From: a virus
Virus record (IMG/VR): IMGVR_UViG_3300044712_000991
Location: 96,001 to 160,000 of that record
Direction: 5' to 3' (one strand)
Length of the DNA stretch: 64,000 nt
Positions 47,625-58,687 of this stretch are shown here, piece by piece; within the stretch, counting starts at the first letter, position 1; the number at the start of each line of letters is the position of its first letter. Made by a program: the position numbers and the translations under genes. Under the pieces are notes generated by a model, which worked only from the letters and a program-made list of their open reading frames with translations, ran no database searches and was not told the origin of the DNA.

Positions 47625-50600
47625 TTAACATGTGGGTGTACAACTATTGTCGGGGTTGCCTTTTGTCATTAGTTGTTGTGTGTCGGTGTCAATACCGTAT
47701 GCCCGCAAAGCCAATACGAACGCCTCCTGACCAAGGTAGTCGAGTTTCTGATACTCCGCGTACACCCGACGCGCCACTTTGTTCGCCGCGTGCTCACCAC
47801 TGGAGACGGACTCGTGAATGCTATTACTGTGCGAACCCATTAGACCTTCCTTTTCCGTCTCGGTTTGGCAGGGGGAGCCGCATGGCGTGTCATCCGCACA
47901 TACAGCACAAGGGGAAGCACTGCCTTGCCCAAGAGTTTTGAAAGGACGTACCCACAGGGGATTTGATAGGCGTGACCCTTACTGTACACTGTAGTCCATC
48001 CACCGAAGGATTCGCGACAGTCGTGCGCGATAGCTACTCGGGTGTACCCCTCTCTACGTCGGGACGAGGCGAAGAACCGATACAGAAGTCTTTCCCCAGG
48101 CTGAAAAACCTCGTGCAACTCGGGAACCCACTCCCCAACGTAGTAGACTCGGAAGGTCTGTTCTATTTGTGAGGGGATGTCCTGTGTCACGACCTTCCCA
48201 GTGATGGTATCCGTTTTTCCATTGAAGGTCGCCACGAAGTCGAAACTCTCGGGGCGATCGGTGACGGGTGTACGCCTTCGGGGTGTCATTCGCGCTCTAC
48301 CCTCGCGACCGCGCCGAGTTGTTCGAGGCACATCTTGATGGTCGTACTCTCCTGGAGTTGCATGTGCTGTCCCACGAAGGAGGGCATGGTCTGCACATAC
48401 AGCGGTATTTCACGGGCTGGTACTTCGAGGATACCCGCGAGGTACATCAGCACCTCCGCCTTTCGATCCGTGGGCACGGACACGAGCACCACCCGATACT
48501 TCTCATCCTCGTGCTTGTCGATCACCCATGTATGGACATCGAAGGTCTCGGTATCCAGGACTTCGAACTTCGAGAACGGCGTGTTCGGCACGGCGGCATC
48601 GATGAACGTCTGCACGTAGTCGAAGTCATCGTGATCAAACTGGAAGCCTCCCATGGCTTCCCCACTGTCCTTCGTGGGATCAACGGCGAACACCATGTAG
48701 CGCATAACGCGCCGAGGTCCATCGGGGAGAGAAGTTTTGGTCTGCTTTGTTGTGTGCATCGGAGTACCTTCCATTAGTCTGTGAACTCATAAACCTTGAG
48801 GATTGTGATTTCCTTACCTGTGTTTGCTTCAAACTCTGAGAGAAAGGGGAGCACCATCGGATACACCTCTGCCCACATCGCGGTCGGGATATGCACCTCC
48901 TGCCCATTCCAGACCTCACAGAGGGGTTCTTGCGGAGTACTCCACCAGAGGGGGATGCCGAACAGGGTGACCCTCCTGCGAGGGAGGTTTCGATAGATTA
49001 ACCGCAACCCATCCCCCTCAAATCGACAGTGCCAGTCATATCTACCGAGGGCACCCGGGTCTGTCAAATAGATTGCGAGCGCGGATGTACAGTCAAGGAT
49101 TCTCATGGGTTCTCCCTATCGGATGGTAAGAGTCGCATGGCCTTCTTGAGGAGTTCCTTGTGTGCCGTGGCCTTGCCCTCCCGCCGGATGAGCCACCCCA
49201 CGAGGATGATGATCGCTTGGATGAAGGGGAAGCCCACGGCTGCCAACAGACCGAGGTCTGCGTAGGATGCACCCGACAAGAGTCGTATGCACCACAACGG
49301 GATGGAGAACGCAAGACCACCCACCCCGAACACCACCATCTGCCACCCCTCGAATTCACGGTAGGTCATAGGACATCACCATTTTAGTAGAATGAGGAGC
49401 AGGATCATACTCTCAAGCCCTAGTTCCGCCCACCGTATGAACTGACGAAAACGGTTGAATGTGCTCCCCGTGTCTTCCTTGATGGTGTCCAAGAAGCGAA
49501 CGACTAGCCAGTGGTATGCCCTGATGCCAAGGAGGAACACACCAAACATACGCATTCCTAGAACAAAAAGCAAACAGCACCCCACCACGGGGGGCAAGAC
49601 CCAGACCCAGAAGTAGTGCATCCAGAAGGATGCCCACTTCCACTGCACTGACAACAGTTTGAACAGCCAACGAGTGACGAACAGGTACGCCGTGTGTTGC
49701 GCCAGGGCTATCCACACGAGCCCGTAGAGAATGTCCATGGTCATGCTGGCACCCTCCCTTCCGCCTGATCGATAGCGGCTCGTCCTTGACGCACGAAATG
49801 CGGGTCATGCCCGGGCGTAGACGCATAGAGCGCTGTGAGGTTCTTCAGAGCCTCCAGCATGCGGGGGGAGGCCGCAATGAGGTGCACATTCGCCCGCGTC
49901 TCCCCCACCGAGTCCTCGTGGAAGACCACGCTTGCGATTCGGCTGAAGCCAGGGGGGTTGTGGGTATCGTGCACCGAGTGCCCCTCACCATCCTGCACCG
50001 TTCCCCACTCAATCTGCCGCGGACCACGGGTAGGCTGGTTCATTGGGTGATCTCCTTATCCTTGGTGACCTCAGGGAGTTCCGCGACCTTGTGGGTGTCC
50101 ATCGCGGCCAATCCGCTCTTGATGACCATCGCGGTCGCGAACGCCTCGACTGCCGCCTTCGCCTCGGTCATCGTGTGCTCCATGTGCCGATCGAACTGGG
50201 AGGCTACGAAGGGCATGTTCGACATGATGGCCTGCCTGACCATCTTCATCTTCCCGAGGATTTCCCGCATGGAGGTCATCGTGGCCTTTCTGTCCACAAT
50301 CAGCGCCTGAAGATCGTCGATGACCTCATCGAGTTCCCCGCCGACACGCGCGGCATCCTTCTTGAACTCCTCGCGGAACAGGGTGTTCGGGTTGTTGTAC
50401 GGGGGATCGGGAATGCGCTCCCAATTCAACCTACGGAGAGTGCACGGGGTGCCCGCGCCCTGATTGAGGTGGGTGACCATCTGCGCAAACTGCTCGGTGG
50501 ACATCTCGACCTCGATGAGTTCCTGCTTTGCATGAATCCAGTGCTGATGGAGCCCTCGTTGGCGTTCCGCACGGCAGATGCTCAAGGTGATGGTCTCCCC

Positions 50601-50732
50601 GTGCTTGATAGAGGAGTCGAAGAGCACCCTGGATGTACCCGAAGCTCGACTGATCTGCACTACCGCGTACGAAGGGTGCTGTTCGATGGTTTCCCCATCG
50701 GCAGTCTTGATAGCCTGGTACTTTGCACTCAT
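47625..50732 (-). CDS. Run of eight hypothetical ORFs (47625-47840, 47840-~48289, 48286-48774, 48774-49106, 49103-49369 TM, 49376-49744 TM, 49741-50043, 50040-50732)
   Basis: Stop/start-overlapping ORFs; no function recognised. Confidence 0.5.
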
Positions 50733-50758
50733 AGAACAACCTTTCAAGTTGGTACCCC

Positions 50759-50787
50759 AATATACAACACTCACCACCGAAAGTCAA
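50759..50787 (-). promoter_or_regulatory. sigma70-type early promoter
   Basis: TTGACT-17 bp-TATATT. Confidence 0.8.
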
Positions 50788-50790
50788 GTC

Positions 50791-53683
50791 CTATTTGGAC
50801 TTCTTTCTAGCCCCTACCTTCTTCAGGGGCTCATCGGGCAGGATTTCGAAGCCATCCCATCCCGCGAAGACCTTCCGCGCCTCATCGTAAGTGATGTGGA
50901 TGGGCATCAGCTTACCTCGTACGTGCACGATGATGCCCTCCCCGTTGTCGGATACGCAGGAAATGGCGGTGATGCTCACAGCGTGTCCCCCGATGTTCTT
51001 CCAGTAGATAGCAGTGGGTTTGATTCGTACGTGGTTCATTGCGTTGCTCCTGATGATTGTGAGTACTATGAGTTACTTTCTTGTCCACCACCACGGATCG
51101 TACCTGAATGTCCACCCGCAGACTGTGATCTCAAAGCCCGAGAGGAGGAACAGGATGACCGCTATGCAGATGAGCGTGCGCATCAGTCCAAGCCCTTCCG
51201 TTGCTCGGCCAACCGTGCTTTGCGCCTCTGCCGAACATGCTGGACGAACTGCTCGGCTATCGCCCGACCCACAAACAACGCCTCTTCCTCCGAGAAGTGC
51301 CCAACATCCATAGACACCCCATCGAAATTGAGGAAGTTGGCCGGTCGCGGGAGATCGATGTGGACTGCTCGTTTGGTCGTGACCGTCACGGACTTCCTCA
51401 CGAAGTCCCCCGAAGTGTTCTCCACGACAGGTGGAGGGGCAGTCATCTTCTTCCGCTTGGGCACCGCGTACGCCACAGTCCGTCCACGATTCCACTCCTG
51501 GATAGCCGTATCCGATGAGCGGTAGAAGGTGGTGCGCCGTTGACACTTGGTGCACTGGACCCAATGCTTGGGCACCCCCATCCTGTACTTCATACGGACT
51601 TCAATCACGCCCCCGTTAAAGGGTTTGAAGGGACTCCTGCACGTGGGACAGGGCTCAATAGTGGTGGGGGTAGATTTTGCCATGGTCACTCTTCTTTCAT
51701 CTTAGGTGGATTCAAATCGAAGCACACGAGATCACTTGTCATGTCCGCCGCAAGACCGACCTTCCGTTGACACCTTGGGCAGTCTATCCGGAGATACCCC
51801 CGCTTGGACTTCTGAAGGCGCTCATCAAACGCCGTGGCCTCAAACTTAGTCTTGCAATGAGGGCACTCGACCCCCGTGTCGGAGAAGCAGAGGATTGCCC
51901 CAGGAATGTGGACACAGTGACTCAATGGGGCTCCCCCACCTCATCTGGAAACGGCGCATCCTGAACCTCTCTCATGGCGGTCACTAAGTCCATCATGAGG
52001 CGAGTCTCTGTGTCGTTTGTACTCCCCTGCCGGAACTCAAGCACCATGTGCATCAAGCGATCTCTCTGGGCTTTACACGCGCTGGACCACGCATCTTGTT
52101 GGATGTGCCGAATGACCGTGGTCTTCCCGATGAGTCGAGTCTGCACTAAAAGCTGGAGCCACTCCGAACAGTAGCGCATAGTTACCTTCCTCCCATGTAC
52201 ATTCTTGCTCGTATGCGCACCTTCGTGTTGAACAGTCGGATCGCCCTGTCCTCCCCGAACAACTCTACGGATAGCCCGCAGGTTTCGCAGAAGACCACGG
52301 TGTCCCCCGTGCGTTTATCTTGACGGATGTTCGGTAGATTCCCACAGCAAGTTTCACACCGTGCTGTGGGGATAATTGATTTCTTCTTCTTGGGTTTCTT
52401 CATGGGTGCCTGTCAAACGGATATCTGAATCGAATGAGCCACCCTCCGAGGAGAACGAAGTTCACGAGTCCTGCCTTCTCACTGAAGGACATCTGCGTCC
52501 AGAGCGACCCGCGCACATCCCGGGCATACACCCCGAACCCGAAGACCCTCACCCACAGTCGGTCCCCCTCGGGGGACTTACGGCCGGTGCGACTACATTG
52601 AAATCCTGGAATACGAAATCTCCTAGCGATCATGCACGGGGTCTTTCTTCGGAATACCCCTGTAGGGAGGAAGCGTTTCTGGTGCATCCACCGCATAGTG
52701 CACGGCGATAGACAGTCCACGGAGAACCCTCAGGGCATCCTTCACCCGCATCCAGACTTCCACATAGGGTAGGCAGGGCTTGCTAAGATACCACCGCCCT
52801 CGGATCATGTCCATGGTCTTGTCAGGACGCGTGTGTATCTGCACGAGGTTGTCGATGAGGATGCTCATGGGCGTTCTCCAGGCAGACAAAGGTGGATGCG
52901 CACGGCAGTCGTTCTGCACGTGTTCTCACTTCCAGGAACGTCGGAGAACCATACGAGGTACCACGCTCCCCCGGGATTGGGCTGACTCTTCCACATCTTC
53001 CCCGCGTAGACCCCCGTGGGAGTCGAACCAGTGTAGTCCATGAGTTGCCCGAAGGTCTCCATGGTCATCCGCGCACAATCGCCATCGAAGCGGATACTCT
53101 CCACGGAAGGCTGCGTCCACCCCTTGCTCAACGGGTGCACCATGGGCGGGATGCTATACAGTGGCGGTACCTCCCTCTCCACGGGCTTCTCCTTGGGGGC
53201 ATTCGATGCAGGTGGCAGGGGAGCAAGTTTGTTCCGCTCGGCCACCGAGAGGTCAATCAGGCGGCGTGCGATATCCAACAGCCGATCATCAATCGTCTCG
53301 GACTCTCGTAGGGGTACCTCTGCCCCGTACGTCCTGCACTTGAGAACATCCGCCGCGAGGTGTGTGAGTGCGCTGGACAGGTCTGTCGGGGAGTGCGATG
53401 GTACAATCTCCGGACCACATGTGTAGCCCGTAAGTACTGTAGGCTCACTCTCGGGCTCGTCCTTCGGGGGATAATCCACGAATGACACACTATTGAAGCG
53501 TAGTCCCGGGTACTCCTGGAGCTCGATCTTAGTGTGCCATGTGTGAACATCCGTTGCCTGAACCGTGTACATCCCACCCACCACAAGAACGCCACGGGGG
53601 TCATCATTGTTTCCGAACTTCACCTGCTCGTCTGTTGCCCCCACGTACTTCACTTGTGCACCCTTTTGAGCTTGAATATTCAT
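50791..53683 (-). CDS. Run of small hypothetical ORFs (50791-51039, 51183-51689 Lar-like Zn ribbon, 51686-51925, 51922-52179, 52182-52403, 52623-~52868, 52865-53683)
   Basis: Coupled ORFs, several with CxxC pairs. Confidence 0.5.
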
Positions 53684-53696
53684 ATCGTTTCTCCTA

Positions 53697-54131
53697 TTAG
53701 TCTGCTGTCCACTGCCAAACGAGATATGTAAGTACTGCCTCAGCGACCAAGATCACAACGAACACCGGCCATCTATCCCAGTTCCAACCTCCACCGTTAC
53801 GGTGATACACCTTGTCCACCTCGATGTGAATGGCGATGGGCAGGGGGACATACCTAGTCTGATAGTAGTCGAAATTATGAAACTTCCTGTACGTCTCCCA
53901 ATCATCACGCCTTACGATGTTACCGTACGCTCCCGCGATATCGGGGAACATCCCGAGCACCGCACCCACGTAGCCCACGGTACGGGCAGTCTGATTGTCG
54001 GCTCCCAGCAACTTCGCGGTTCCCGCGTACAACGTGAAACCGGCCAGTCCGTGACCAACGGTGCTATCCGCCGAGGCCTGTGCAACCCCACCCATGAGAA
54101 GGCACGCCAACACCACAGAGCGCCCTATCAC
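53697..54131 (-). CDS. Second YdjM-like membrane metal-dependent hydrolase
   Basis: VGHG, LGMFPDI, FHN and IHIEVDKVYH motifs parallel those of 23486-23893. Confidence 0.45.
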   Translation of the reverse strand: MIGRSVVLACLLMGGVAQASADSTVGHGLAGFTLYAGTAKLLGADNQTARTVGYVGAVLGMFPDIAGAYGNIVRRDDWETYRKFHNFDYYQTRYVPLPIAIHIEVDKVYHRNGGGWNWDRWPVFVVILVAEAVLTYLVWQWTAD

Positions 54132-54948
54132 GCTATCACCTTCTGCTCGCGTAAGTCCCGGTTGAGTTCCTCGCAGACTGCCCTCGCCCTCCCTAGTGCC
54201 TCCTCGGGATTGCGCAGGTAGCCCTTGATACGCCGAACGACCTTCCCCCGCTTCAAGCCCTTCTTGCTCGCTCGCGGTATCCACTGAAAGATGCCCAAAC
54301 TGAAACTCACGGCGTGCGCGTACGCCCCCGGTTGTCCGGGAGCGCATGCGCCATCGAAGTCGTACTCATAGGGTTGTGGATTAGCCTTGGGCATCGAGAG
54401 TCTCCTGTTCAGTAGTTGGGGGTAGTCTATAGCCGACCTTACGGGCACGGTTGATGAGCATCATCTTCAGGTGTGGGGAGAGGATGCTCACCTTGTACGT
54501 CAGGAAGACCCTTTTGGCGTACCGCAGAAGACCCTCGGCGGAGATCATACCGCACCACTGTTTGCGGAGCGCCTCGTACTTCTCCTCCCAATGCCCTGCG
54601 TTCTGAGCGTACCTCAGGGCTTCCCTCTCCCACCCCCTGGCACGGGTGTCCGCCGCATCCCGTTCGTTCTGCGCTTGATCCACAGAGCGCCCGTATTCCT
54701 CGGCCTCCACAGTAGCCGCCTGTGCTGTGGCGGTAGCCACCCTGAGTTTTTCTAGGGTCTCCACATGGGTCTTCCACAACTCCTGATACGCCTCATCCGT
54801 GATGTACAGCGTGGTGTCCTCGAAGGTCAACGCCCCTTCATACGCGGTGTACACCCACCCATCGTGCTTCATGCGCCGCAGAACATACAGTCGTCTGGGC
54901 ATCGGGACATCCGTGGGGATGGGGCGTGTGTTACCTGCTAAGTCCATT
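54128..54948 (-). CDS. Two hypothetical ORFs (54128-~54393, 54381-~54948 coiled coil)
   Basis: Coupled ORFs behind the promoter. Confidence 0.5.
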
Positions 54949-54969
54949 GGCTCTCCTTTTACGTGCTCC

Positions 54970-54998
54970 AATATACAACATTGGAAACAGAATGTCAA
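54970..54998 (-). promoter_or_regulatory. sigma70-type early promoter
   Basis: TTGACA-17 bp-TATATT. Confidence 0.8.
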
Positions 54999-55948
54999 GT
55001 GGGGTGCTCAGATTTTTCCCATGCGTAACCACAGGGAATGAGGTCTCCTCGGGGGTTCCACGGGTTCTCCACCAGACCATCACAGCGATAGACCACATGG
55101 GAGGATTTCCATGTGACGCACGGTGGGTGAACTTCACGCACTAGGCGCGATCCGCACTCGGGACACACCGATGGACAGTCTTTTGGTCTTCTACCCATGA
55201 TGACCTCCTCCTACCCTATTTTGTCCTCAAGCAGAACGTACTGCTCCCGCGTGATCTCGCTCCAGAAGAGGAGGCGCACAGCCTGCCCCACCACGGGGTG
55301 CGCGAGTTCGTCGGCCAGCCACGAAGTGGGGTGTTCATCGATCACAGCCTGTCGGGTGTCATGCCCGTACCTCGAAATGTACTCGTAGAGCATGAAGAAG
55401 TACTGCTTGTCCTTGCTCATCGCTGGCTCTCCACATGCGCACTGGGATGGCGCTCCTCGAAGAGGGGGCAGTTCACGCACTCGTACCACATGGTGTTCGT
55501 GAGACTCGGAGTGCCGCCTACGCCTACGGTGTGGAAGAAGTCCCCCTGGCTGTCAACAAAGGAGTACTTGCACGCCTCCCGCCTTGCCGCACCACGCACT
55601 TTCAGATCGGCGGCGTGGATCATCCAGTTCTTAGCCATGATTGGTCTTTCCTAACGGTGGAAGAAACACACGCTCGTTCTTGCGCTCCTTCCAGTATGTT
55701 GAGAGGCAGAACCCGAGGTCTGACAGGTCATCCCGTGTAAAGATGGATGCCCCGTACATGACAAGACCCCCGATAAACACGATGACCGCCGCCACCCAGG
55801 ATGCGGGGTTCCACCAGTTCCATGTCCACGACACGAGGTCGCCATCGTGCCAGTAGCGGACAATCATGAGGATGCGCATCAGGTGACCTGCGTGGGTCAG
55901 ATTATACGGATGACTCTTTTTTGTTCTCGTGCTGAGTTTCATTCTCAT
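54995..55948 (-). CDS. Four small hypothetical ORFs (54995-55198, 55211-55420, 55417-55638, 55631-55948)
   Basis: Coupled ORFs. Confidence 0.5.
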
Positions 55949-56358
55949 GTGGTCTCCTGCGAAGGCGGTCGGTCTTGTTCGGTCGGTCTGTGTGCAACAC
56001 CCACGACCACCCGTGCCTGTTGCCGAGCAGTAAAATGGGCTTCAGATTTGCTCAGTACTCTCTGCAACTCCTGCTCTTCCAAAGCATCGGCATCGAAGCC
56101 CTTGGACTGACAGTATACGAGCAGCGTGATACACACCCCTCCCACCTCCTGCGGTGGATCACCAGCGGGTCTGCCATAGACATAGTCCACAATCTTGTGT
56201 GCCATATCACGAGTCAGTCCTTCAGCCTGGGCGAGTTCTGTGGCTTCCTCTAGCACTCGGGTGACCCTCTCCACCACATTGCCGACAGTCTCTGCGCCAA
56301 AACAGCGTACGGCCCAGTCTGTGGCTTGAATCTGGCGTGACCTGCGTACGGAACTCAT
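55945..56358 (-). CDS. MazG-like all-alpha NTP pyrophosphohydrolase
   Basis: R..RVLEEATEL and QEVGGV acidic helical motifs. Confidence 0.55.
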   Translation of the reverse strand: MSSVRRSRQIQATDWAVRCFGAETVGNVVERVTRVLEEATELAQAEGLTRDMAHKIVDYVYGRPAGDPPQEVGGVCITLLVYCQSKGFDADALEEQELQRVLSKSEAHFTARQQARVVVGVAHRPTEQDRPPSQETT

Positions 56359-57756
56359 GCGCCCTGCCCGTTCTTTTGGGGGTCATCCTTGTCAGGTACG
56401 CGCAGGGTCGTGTGGACACGCACGGTGGACTCGATTCGCATTTTTCCACCATCTTCGCCGTGTCTCCCCCACTCCCAACTCATATGGATGTCGGGACCGA
56501 ACTGAAAGTTGTGTCCTGGTGAGTACTGGACGGTCATCCGTGTAAGTTCGTACTTCAGGGCGATCGCCGCGAGTTCTCGGCAAATCTGTATCTGCTGTTC
56601 TGGGATAGTCATTTCCTTTTCTTCCTTTCCTTCTCTTGGGGCTTGGCGTGGAGCGGTGGATAGCCCAAATCCTCGCGCCGAGCATCGTTGAGCATCTTCA
56701 AGTATTCGATGGTCTCCCTATCCGAATTCGATAACTCGGGTAAGTCCTTGCTTGTCAGTGTGATTCTCCGTGGCACATCTGTCGCTGGAATATCGCTCTC
56801 AGAGTACGGAAAGTACATCAACGTTTTTTCATCTACCCAAAACCCATCCTCCGAGGAACGCTCTGGTCTATTCTGCGTAAGGTGTACGGCTCCGTTGGGT
56901 TGTTTCACCACCCAAAGCTCAAGTCTCATGCCAGGGCTTTCTTGATGGTGTCCAACACGGCCGCTATACGGGCATTATGCGCATCCGCCCCGCAGTTGCA
57001 CTCGGTGTCCTCGGGGTTCGCGCAGGCATCGGGATGCTTGGGACACGAATACCCCAAATCCTCACGGTAATGAGGTAGCACACTCTGTTCCAACACCTTG
57101 ACCGCCTCGGTCAAGAGCGACAGCGGAACGTACTCCACCGCATCATCCTGACCCTCCAGTCGCTGGTCTGCCCACTCCCCGAAGTGTCCGTGGGGTGTAG
57201 TGGACTGCGTGTCCACCCATATTCTTGTCGGCGTGAGTCCCATCATCTCTTTCCTTTACGCTCGGGCTTGCTCACCGTACGTACGCGTACGTGTGGGCGT
57301 GCAGACATGGGTGTCGCCCGAGGGTCTTGTCGTTGGAGAATGAACTGCACGGTCACGCTACTCATGCGCACCCCTACCACCTGTAACTTGGAGTCCCGCA
57401 TGGTCTGTCCCTCGTACTGCTTGAGCAACTGCTTGGCGAACCGCCGGAGTGCCCCCTGCATGCCCAACCCCCGCACGGTGTTGTCCTGGAGTTCGGCGGT
57501 CATGCCCATGGTTGCGCCAAATGATACATGATCGGCCTTCTTGCCCTTCATATACACATCGTAACTCATGCTACACCTCCTCCCGGATACGGTCAGCGAT
57601 GTCCTTCAGGCGATTGAACTGCGCGGGTGAGCACTCGGAGGGCACGGCGTACCCGTTGAGGGTCTGCATGAACTCCCGCTCCCAGTCCGTCAGGCGCGTG
57701 GGATGCGCATTGATGAGTTCCATGTTCTCCTGTACTATCTTCTCTCGAAAGTTCAT
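56355..57756 (-). CDS. Five small hypothetical ORFs (56355-56612, 56609-56929, 56926-57246, 57243-57569, 57571-57756)
   Basis: Stop/start-overlapping ORFs. Confidence 0.5.
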
Positions 57757-57784
57757 GCGCGAATGTCCTTCTGTGGTTGTGCCC

Positions 57785-57813
57785 AATATACAACATGGAG
57801 ATCGAAAAGTCAA
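57785..57813 (-). promoter_or_regulatory. sigma70-type early promoter
   Basis: TTGACT-17 bp-TATATT. Confidence 0.8.
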
Positions 57814-58687
57814 GTCCTGTCCTTCTTTGGTTTCTCGGTTGCCATTCGACAAGTCATACGTTTCCCCACCGTGCCCTCCCAGAGCATACACCAAGCGGTT
57901 CTGTGCAAATCGCGTACTCCCGGAGCGGGACGAGGTCGATACTGCCGACACTCTCCGCACGGTATCTCCCCCTTCTTAGCCCTGTGGTACTCTCGTACGC
58001 TCATTGTTTCCTCCACCTGCGGAGGAGTCTGCGACACCACGGCCAATGGCGATGGATGGCAAGTCCGCCCATCCACACCACAAGAAGTACGCACGCCCCG
58101 TACAGCAGTATGGGGGGCGTGAGTGCATGTACGGGTCCTATCGTGTCACCCATTAGTTCCTCCTTCACCACCCTGATCCTCGGGGGCTTTCAGTTTTGGT
58201 ATTCCCTGGAACTCGTTGCAGATACCGCTAGCATCCACAGGAAGGTCTGTGGTGGTCGGGGGGCGTCCTGGGTACACCCATGTGAACTGCACCCTCTGGC
58301 AGATGTACTGCCCATCCTCATCACCATACCCGTGCAGGCAGTTCGCACACGCATCCTGATCGCGGTAGCCCTTCGCAGCCAAAGTGGCCTCCGCCTGTTT
58401 ACGCGCCTCTTCGTAGTTCATGGTGTGCCTCCCGTTGTAGGTGGTAATTCCACGGTGACCTGCCTCTCGAACTTGTTGCATACGCCGTTCGGGTCTACGG
58501 GCATGGTGGTCACTTTTGAGCGTGCTCCAACAACCCATGTCCACTCGAATGTCACACGCTGACACTCGTATGATCCTTCCCTATCATCCCACACATGGGC
58601 GCACACCGCACATGTGTTGACTTCATGGTACCCATCGGCTGCCACGAGCAAGGCTTTCGCCTTCTGCTTCTCTTCTTCATAATCCAT
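57810..58687 (-). CDS. Cys-rich small ORFs (57810-58004, 58146-58421, 58418-58687); the last two are tandem paralogues
   Basis: Shared M(N/D)YEE, CxxCxH, CQRV and VDxxG(I/V)CN.F motifs. Confidence 0.6.
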
